NCBI GenBank assembly: GCA_964402975.1
Contig: CAYOEM010000012.1
Span: forward strand, 1,293-65,292
Length of the DNA: 64,000 bases
Direction of reading: 5' to 3'
From: an uncultured Polynucleobacter sp.
Lineage (GTDB): Bacteria; Bdellovibrionota_B; Oligoflexia; Oligoflexales; RGVZ01
Below the pieces are notes generated by a model. That model searched no databases. It was not told the DNA's origin and saw only the letters and a list, made by a program, of their open reading frames with translations. A program made the position numbers and the translations under genes. Of this stretch, positions 18,437 through 24,802 are shown piece after piece; within the stretch, counting starts at the first letter, position 1, and the number at the start of each line of letters is the position of its first letter.

Positions 18437-19269
18437 GAAGATTTAAATTTAATGCGTTCATTATAGCATTTGTTTTAAACGCCATCCTATTACTTAACGG
18501 CTGCAAAGCAGCTTATACCTACGAGCTATACAAATACAGTGCCACCAAGGAAAACTTGATTGCTACATTTCCGGGCGAATCAGAATTTCAAGCTGAGCAT
18601 AATTGCAAAATTTTCTCTGAAATGCATGACAAGGAATATGGCACAAGGTTAATGTGTTTGAAGGGTGGCAGCTCTGCAGACGGAACGCCCGGTGGCGGCA
18701 ATACAGGAATGCTAATATTCATTTTGATTGGAATGGCCGCAGGGATGTTACTTGTTAAGTTCTATAAAACAATGACCGTAAATATAGCGGCGTGCATAAA
18801 ATGTCGTAATCCAATAGCAGAAATCGATTTGCGCTGCTCCAAGTGTGAAGAACCGGTAATCTCTCAACGCTCATCTAACAGCTCAACAACGGCCGAGCGC
18901 TGGCATAAGCATTGTGATGATTATGAGATAGACCCTCAACATCGCGAGATTCTTTGGCAGAAGGGTAGAAAACTGGATAAATCTGCTGTTATTGGCTGGA
19001 GTGTCCTATCTATACTCGTCGGAGCTGTCTATTACGCTTGTTTGAATACGAATTCAGGTGAGAGTAATCAGAGAGGTCATGTATGGCTGATTTTTCTACT
19101 GGCTAGCCTCGTGTTTGCCTCATTGGTGGCTCTGAATGGACAAATGTTTTCCTGGATCAAGGAAGCGTTCGGTGCTGACAAGGAGAGGTATGAACAGTCA
19201 ACTATACTATTTGGTTTTTTTATTTGGATGGTCTGGGCTTTTTCGTTTTGGAGTAAAGTTTCTATTTGA
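18427..19269 (+). CDS. lipoprotein or membrane protein with a zinc-ribbon motif
   Basis: Lipobox LLNGC. CIKCRNPIAEIDLRCSKCEEP. Several TM segments. Confidence 0.5.
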   Translation: MQIRRFKFNAFIIAFVLNAILLLNGCKAAYTYELYKYSATKENLIATFPGESEFQAEHNCKIFSEMHDKEYGTRLMCLKGGSSADGTPGGGNTGMLIFILIGMAAGMLLVKFYKTMTVNIAACIKCRNPIAEIDLRCSKCEEPVISQRSSNSSTTAERWHKHCDDYEIDPQHREILWQKGRKLDKSAVIGWSVLSILVGAVYYACLNTNSGESNQRGHVWLIFLLASLVFASLVALNGQMFSWIKEAFGADKERYEQSTILFGFFIWMVWAFSFWSKVSI

Positions 19270-19389
19270 ATTTACTCGATTAATTTATTGAGAGCAGAAA
19301 TCGAAATTTATGAGATTGCTCACTCAGAAAGTTTGAAGTCGTGAGGTTTTAAAAATCTTTAATAATATTAATGCTAACTACCGTCTCAT

Positions 19390-19632
19390 GTGAGACGTGT
19401 CCGGCTTGCTAGTAAGCTAGAGTGGGGTTATAGCGTCTACGAGAAGGGACCTAATCAGTGCTACGAGTATAGAAGCTTTTTCTTTACCAAAGAGGATTGT
19501 GACTGGTATTCAGAAAAAATGGCACTGAGATGCCTGGGTGGTGAATATCTCCAAGAGCTTGAAATGCAGCAACCCGCTTGTTGGAAGACGGAAGGGATCG
19601 CTGCTAGAGGGGAGTGTAATCGCCTGGACTAA
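19390..19632 (+). CDS. hypothetical small protein
   Basis: 80-aa ORF with a GTG start and no recognised features. Confidence 0.25.
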   Translation: MRRVRLASKLEWGYSVYEKGPNQCYEYRSFFFTKEDCDWYSEKMALRCLGGEYLQELEMQQPACWKTEGIAARGECNRLD

Positions 19633-19698
19633 GCAGCATTCTTAAAGAAGTATTAAATTATATAAATCCGATTCCTAAAGTGGTTTGCTAATCACGTT

Positions 19699-21519
19699 TC
19701 ATGTGCAATTTGGACATTTATAATTCGAAGTCTTCTTTGCTAGGGAAAACGTGATTCCTTTCGAATTTTTTTTGTTTAGTATTTTATGAATCTGCTGTGG
19801 CGCAAGTTTAAAATTCTTGCTGCATAAACAGCACCGTTTATTTTTGCAACTCTGGCAGTACAAACCCCTGGCGCATCTAGCTGTAAATATTTTCTCACAA
19901 ATAGAACATGTGGTAGTGTAGCGTTCTCTTTCGGATTTATAGAGACCTCGGCATTTAATTGAACAAAAAATGTTCTTCCCCTTTTTCTTAGCCCTGCGAT
20001 GGTGGCGTCCATATGGGAACATCGAATTACAGTAATCACAAACCGAGGTATCTTTGCTGCAGGACGCACAAATTCTTTTGCGGGAGACTGCGTCCATCAC
20101 AGCACCGCAATCGACACACGACTTGGGCTCTAACCCGGCCTTTGATCTGATACACTTAGAGCAGTAGTGACCACCATTTTTTGGGAATTGTTCAATTGGA
20201 AGAGCTGGTCGACCTTCACAGCCTCTGCAAATTCGTTGGCCTGATGTTTTCTCTAGCTCGTCACTTGTTCCGCAATTTAGACCGTGCTCCCCGCAATAGG
20301 CATTTATAGCTTCTGGTTTTTTGGTGAACTTTTTTTTGCCGCAAACGCAACAATCCCTTTCGAAGTACTCATTGCCGTCCTCGAGACCAATGAATTTTCC
20401 AACTCTCAAATCATGCATGGCTGTAATGTGACCATGAGATATAATTTTAAGATTCGTTTGAGTCTCTGTGTGGTATTTAAGCGCGCATTGATAGTATTTT
20501 GAAGTTCTTTGAATGGGTTTTTCCCCTGCCCATAGCCATACGAATTTGATTTTCGCTTTGGCACAATATTGCTTTAGGGCCTGGTTCTTTTTTGCTGAGC
20601 GTTCTTGTTGTCTCCCCTTGCATTCGGCGAGCCCCACGTCTTTGCCTTGCCTGATGATGGCGAAGTCAGGGCAAAAGTACCACCGCCCGATTTTAATTGA
20701 ATGTCTGTTATTTTTTGGGACTTTAGATAATTTTTCAATAACGTCCCCAGTGGGAAAATGATCAAAGAGAAAAAATAAAGTGGCAAGTTCGCTAAGACTA
20801 TCGTACCTCATAAGCGTTTTCGTTCTATTTGTATGGATAAATCCAGAATATGAAGATTCAAGTGTTATAAGTTTTGCCTCGGAAAGTGCGTGCTTGAACG
20901 AATCCATACTTGTTTCTGGATGCACGGCTTGTCGGTGTCGATACCATGGTCGAATATCACCGATGGCACCAAAGGTGCTGGCTTTGCATATGGGGCATTC
21001 TAGTTTTTCGAGCTTTGATTTGACTGTCCTGATGTTTGCACCTACAGATCGGCAATGGTCGCAAATCAGGTCTAAGTAGTGCTTGAGGTTTCCCCAGTTA
21101 GGATCGACCTTGATGGGATTTATCCTAGAAGTACATCCATTTATCATACAAGTGATCTCGATAGGCAGTTTCGGGTCGAGCGCAGGGTCGACAGCGAGGC
21201 GGTCCTCTATCAAAGCGATGTGGTTGTGAAGGTGTGCGAGTTCGGGCAGTTTAAAGATTTCTAGTCCTAAAAGAAAGTCTTCGGTCTTATCCTTTTGCTT
21301 TAGTTGTCTTTTTTTGAAGTGTTCACTATAGTCCAGATGCTTTACCAATCTTAAGTCACTTCGTCTTGTAGTAATTCCTAAAGCGGAACGATCAAGCGCT
21401 TTAGCGATATCGGCATCGGTGCGACCTGAACGCCACATGTGCTCTATGGTGTGATCTTCCTCTCTCGAATAGTTTTTTCGTTTCATATCGTATCCCCACA
21501 AAAACCAAGGCTCGGACAT
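19699..21519 (-). CDS. multidomain protein: Myb/GcrA-like HTH, then TnsA-N-like PD-(D/E)xK nuclease, then multiple zinc ribbons
   Basis: N-terminus YSREEDHTIEHMWRSGRTDADIAKAL. Core DSLSELATLFFLFDH...WYFCPDFAIIRQGKDVGLAECKG matches the TnsA endonuclease N-terminal pattern (S-LE ... PDF ... ExK). The C-terminal ~230 aa holds at least 6 CxxC...CxxC pairs. The likely start is M12 at 21486, which has GGGGA upstream. Confidence 0.6.
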   Translation of the reverse strand: MSEPWFLWGYDMKRKNYSREEDHTIEHMWRSGRTDADIAKALDRSALGITTRRSDLRLVKHLDYSEHFKKRQLKQKDKTEDFLLGLEIFKLPELAHLHNHIALIEDRLAVDPALDPKLPIEITCMINGCTSRINPIKVDPNWGNLKHYLDLICDHCRSVGANIRTVKSKLEKLECPICKASTFGAIGDIRPWYRHRQAVHPETSMDSFKHALSEAKLITLESSYSGFIHTNRTKTLMRYDSLSELATLFFLFDHFPTGDVIEKLSKVPKNNRHSIKIGRWYFCPDFAIIRQGKDVGLAECKGRQQERSAKKNQALKQYCAKAKIKFVWLWAGEKPIQRTSKYYQCALKYHTETQTNLKIISHGHITAMHDLRVGKFIGLEDGNEYFERDCCVCGKKKFTKKPEAINAYCGEHGLNCGTSDELEKTSGQRICRGCEGRPALPIEQFPKNGGHYCSKCIRSKAGLEPKSCVDCGAVMDAVSRKRICASCSKDTSVCDYCNSMFPYGRHHRRAKKKGKNIFCSIKCRGLYKSERERYTTTCSICEKIFTARCARGLYCQSCKNKRCCLCSKNFKLAPQQIHKILNKKNSKGITFSLAKKTSNYKCPNCT

Positions 21520-21678
21520 TATTAGCGAGGGTTTCTCCAGTAGCTCAAAGTCCTAGAAAATTACTGAAAAAAACTGGGCTACCACCTGAAAAGCGTTTAC
21601 ACGGCTTAGGCTTGATAGCTCTTGTTTTTCTTTCATTTTGACCCAACCTTAACGGGAGTCGTCTTTTTTCTTGGTGTA

Positions 21679-22458
21679 TCAATAATCTTCATACTCCAAG
21701 TCTTGAAGTATGGTAATCATCGCCACATCATCTACGCGGAAGAAAGCATCTTCCCCATCGTCATCCTCAAACTCGATGAATTCACTGCAATTTGGGTCCA
21801 CGTCGAGACGATTTATCAGATCTGAAAATTGGCCTTCAATTGAATCAAAGTCATTGTCATATGTATTGTCTGGTTCGATTTTGAATGCCAATGGTTGTGG
21901 TGCATTGGCAAGAGTCACGCAAAGATGGTTAATGGGATGTTTGCCCTGTTTAGGTTCGATGTCGGTTATGTCTGGGTCCCAAAGTGTATGGAAATGTATA
22001 ACGTGCTTTAAATTGATAGCCACCTCTAAATTTTCTGAATCAAAGCAGAAGAACTCCAGTGGTCTTCGATCAATTACTTTTCTTAATCTTTGGATTGTTC
22101 CGGCAGAGACAGGGAAATAGTGCTTTGAGCCACCCCTTAGAAGTAAAACAAGAGTCCAGCGTAGGGGATCTGCATCGATTCCTGTTTCTTGCTCTGCTTC
22201 GAGAATCTTGTCGGGATCTGAAAAATCTTTTCTAGGCTGAAGTTTTTTGAGCTTTTTCTCGTGGCCTTTTGTTGCAGGAAACGCGTCACCCAATTCACAG
22301 TTGAGTGCGTCGCAGATTCTCGCGGCCATATGCATCTTTACCGCTTGTCTGGCATTTTCAATCCGCTGAATCTGTTGTTGACTTGTTCCAACTGCTTTAG
22401 CGAGGTCTCGTTGAGACATCCCACGAGCGTTTCTGAATTCTTTGATTTTGTTTTTCAT
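21679..22458 (-). CDS. XRE-family HTH regulator fused to an unknown acidic C-terminal domain
   Basis: N-terminus KEFRNARGMSQRDLAKAVGTSQQQIQRIENARQ. About 190 aa of unrecognised C-terminal sequence ending in an acidic tail. Located upstream of the 606-aa gene and in the same orientation. Confidence 0.7.
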   Translation of the reverse strand: MKNKIKEFRNARGMSQRDLAKAVGTSQQQIQRIENARQAVKMHMAARICDALNCELGDAFPATKGHEKKLKKLQPRKDFSDPDKILEAEQETGIDADPLRWTLVLLLRGGSKHYFPVSAGTIQRLRKVIDRRPLEFFCFDSENLEVAINLKHVIHFHTLWDPDITDIEPKQGKHPINHLCVTLANAPQPLAFKIEPDNTYDNDFDSIEGQFSDLINRLDVDPNCSEFIEFEDDDGEDAFFRVDDVAMITILQDLEYEDY

Positions 22459-22565
22459 TTAGAAACTCTAAATTTGCTCTATAAACAAAATGTGTCTATC
22501 GTGACACGCACAGCGTGTCAAGGCGGATTCTCGAAGAAATCTGTTTGTTGGCATAAAGCTGGTCG

Positions 22566-22601
22566 ATAGCAAACCGTTAGCAAACATCCCGCCAAAACCA
22601 A
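22566..22601. repeat. 36-bp direct repeat, copy B
   Basis: Identical to 17783-17818. The following ~45 nt align by eye at roughly two-thirds identity with 8231-8277, the arm next to attL. Confidence 0.8.
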
Positions 22602-22700
22602 CCGAAATGACCCGTACTAGACCGAACATATTTTGTGACTTAACTTGCCGTAGTTATTGAAAAAAACTAACAATTACGCTGCGTTAAAAAGAGCGTCTTC

Positions 22701-22854
22701 TCGGGCTCATAACCCGAAGACCGTAGGTTCAAGTCCTACCCCCGCTACCAACATAAGTCACGGCTCTGATTGAATAAATCAGGGCCGTTAATTTTTTGGG
22801 CAGGGGCAAAACAGGCTCCGATGGCAAACAAATGGCAAACATGAAAACGAAATC
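22701..22854. repeat. right copy of the 154-bp direct repeat (attR-like) with a partial tRNA-fMet 3' half
   Basis: See 8109-8262. It lacks the tRNA 5' half, so it is not a functional tRNA gene. Confidence 0.9.
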
Positions 22855-22952
22855 ACAGGTGACCGCAAATGGGCGCTTTTCCGTCAGAAACTTTCGGGAT
22901 TGGTAGTGAGAAAGCAATAGTATATACTGGTATATACCGGAGGGTATAGTCG

Positions 22953-23420
22953 ATGTCCCTGCTAGAACGAGTCGTTAACGCTTTAAATAAAAGTAAAATC
23001 CCATACGCGATCGTTGGCGGTGTTGCCGTTGCGCTTCATGGTGCTCCCAGAGGTACGATCGATATAGATCTTGTGATTAGCCACAAATTGCATTTTTTTA
23101 CGTCACTTGAAAAATGCCTGAAAGATTTGGGTTTCCTGCCGCGCCTTCCTGTTACTGCAAGTGAGGTTTTTAATTTCAAAGATGAGTATATCTCGCGGCG
23201 AAATCTCGTCGCCTGGAGTTTTTTTAACCCTGCCAACCCACTCGAAGTGATTGACATAATCTTGACTCATGATCTTGATGATTTGAGAACAGTGAACAAA
23301 AAAATGGGACTTTCTACACTCAAGGTTCTTGCGGTTGAGGATTTGATTCAGATGAAGAAAAAGTCGGGTCGCCCACAGGATCTCGAGGACGTGAGGGTTT
23401 TGAAAGAGCTCAAAAAATGA
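22953..23420 (+). CDS. small nucleotidyltransferase-fold protein
   Basis: YAIVGGVAVALHGAPRGTIDIDLVI (GG...HG..R.T.DID) plus C-terminal EDLIQMKKKSGRPQDLEDV, typical of minimal NTase proteins in toxin-antitoxin-like pairs. Confidence 0.55.
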   Translation: MSLLERVVNALNKSKIPYAIVGGVAVALHGAPRGTIDIDLVISHKLHFFTSLEKCLKDLGFLPRLPVTASEVFNFKDEYISRRNLVAWSFFNPANPLEVIDIILTHDLDDLRTVNKKMGLSTLKVLAVEDLIQMKKKSGRPQDLEDVRVLKELKK

Positions 23421-23734
23421 AAAAATCAAAAGAAAAGCGAAGTAAAAAGTTGAAAGACAGCAAGCAGGCCGACCTTTCCAAAAGGCCCACTCAGCTAGCG
23501 AGTAAATCTCAAATGCTTGATCAAGATTTGGAGGACGTGACTCCAATTGTTCAATTTCTAGAAGACTTCCGCGCAATGACGGATCCCAGAGCGCAGCAAA
23601 AAAGCAAACTAATCAGTATCAAGATACCTGAGCCAATGCTTGCGGCATTTAAATATAAATCTGCTCGGGCAAATACCCCATATCAGACCAAGATCAAACA
23701 ACTGATGGCCGAGTGGCTAGCCAGACCTAGTTAA
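23417..23734 (+). CDS. BrnA-like (CopG/RHH-type) antitoxin-family protein
   Basis: C-terminal KLISIKIPEPMLAAFKYKSARANTPYQTKIKQLMAEWL matches the BrnA pattern (isirl...l..fK...g..YQT.IN). 4-bp ATGA overlap with the upstream gene. Confidence 0.5.
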   Translation: MKKSKEKRSKKLKDSKQADLSKRPTQLASKSQMLDQDLEDVTPIVQFLEDFRAMTDPRAQQKSKLISIKIPEPMLAAFKYKSARANTPYQTKIKQLMAEWLARPS

Positions 23735-23760
23735 TTTGACTGTATGCATAGGATTACCAG

Positions 23761-24519
23761 TCACCACCTCACGCCCAGTGTTCCACCGAGCGCTAAGCGT
23801 CGCGCCGTGTTTTTACCCTCGAGGCTAGCTATCGTATAGCCGGTTTCAAACATGAGATAGGCTTGATTGGAATAACCTTGCCATCCAAGAAGTAGCGATG
23901 TCTCACGTGCTGTTTTTTTTGAGGCTTTCAGCGTCGTCGACGTCAGAGCGCCGGTGCTGCTCGTTGAATCTTTTGTGATAGAGCCATTAGCGATGAAGTT
24001 TGAATGGGTGAGATTGCCATAAATTAACTGGTTATCCTGCACGCGGTATCCGGCAAGAAGCATCGAGTCAATTCCTGTGTACTCTGCTCTAGTTTTTATA
24101 CCGTATGTGGAGCTCTCGTTGGAGCCACGATCTGCAGCTAAGCCCAAGGATAGTGAAAAGCTTCCTTGCTTCGCTTCAGATGCTGGAGCGCCGATTGCTT
24201 GGAGTTTCAGTCCAGCAGCGCCGTTGTAGAACATGAAATCCACCTTCCGATGTAATCCAAGGGCGGTTTGTAGGAAAATACCCTCGCTAGATTTGACCAT
24301 CGCGGAATCCAGTATGGCCTGATCAGTCGGCAATGCCCCATTCGCGACGATTACCGTGGTCTTGCTACCATGTCCGGCAGCTATGAAGCCGTTACCAAGA
24401 CCGCCACTTGTTTCTGGCGACTGAAATCTATTGTTCGGGATCTGAAAGCTAGCGCTTGCACAGGCTGTAAAACTATAGATGTACAGGGCCGAAAATAATG
24501 TTAAAGCAATTTTCATCAT
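23761..24519 (-). CDS. outer-membrane beta-barrel protein
   Basis: Signal peptide, alternating beta-strand-like pattern, and a C-terminal aromatic residue (LGVRW). Confidence 0.6.
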   Translation of the reverse strand: MMKIALTLFSALYIYSFTACASASFQIPNNRFQSPETSGGLGNGFIAAGHGSKTTVIVANGALPTDQAILDSAMVKSSEGIFLQTALGLHRKVDFMFYNGAAGLKLQAIGAPASEAKQGSFSLSLGLAADRGSNESSTYGIKTRAEYTGIDSMLLAGYRVQDNQLIYGNLTHSNFIANGSITKDSTSSTGALTSTTLKASKKTARETSLLLGWQGYSNQAYLMFETGYTIASLEGKNTARRLALGGTLGVRW

Positions 24520-24802
24520 GGGTTCGCCTCACAGCAAAAAAGTTCCTTGTGAGTATAACGCCCTCTTGAAATCTGAAGCAATCATCCCAACAGTTATCTT
24601 GTACTTGATGATGTCTCGGGGCGTGATGGTTTCGTGATGCGTTTTTTAAATCAAGCCGGCCGTTCCAACGGCGATGTAACAATCCGTAAATACTAACAAA
24701 AACAAGACATTCTGCATTTTTGTTGTCTCGAGAGCGTCCAGACTCTCAGGGTGCGAACGCCTCAGTGATCAACTTTACTCTGCGGCTACCGATACTCAAA
24801 CT

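Larger units (their letters stand above)
8109..22854. mobile_element. tRNA-fMet-integrated genomic island or satellite-like element (~14.6 kb), possibly composite
   Basis: 154-bp direct repeats. An integrase gene ends 9 bp inside the left repeat. The right repeat carries a partial tRNA copy. Cargo consists of orphan genes. The interior looks more AT-rich than the flanks by eye; this was not computed. Confidence 0.8.

Noticed and set aside
22701-22750. Second tRNA-fMet
   Set aside because: Only the 3' 50 nt are present (anticodon loop onward). There is no 5' acceptor or D arm. It is an att remnant, not a gene.
22729-22917. 62-aa minus-strand ORF
   Set aside because: It lies across the attR repeat and the partial tRNA copy. 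The same frame exists in the attL copy only as non-coding repeat sequence.
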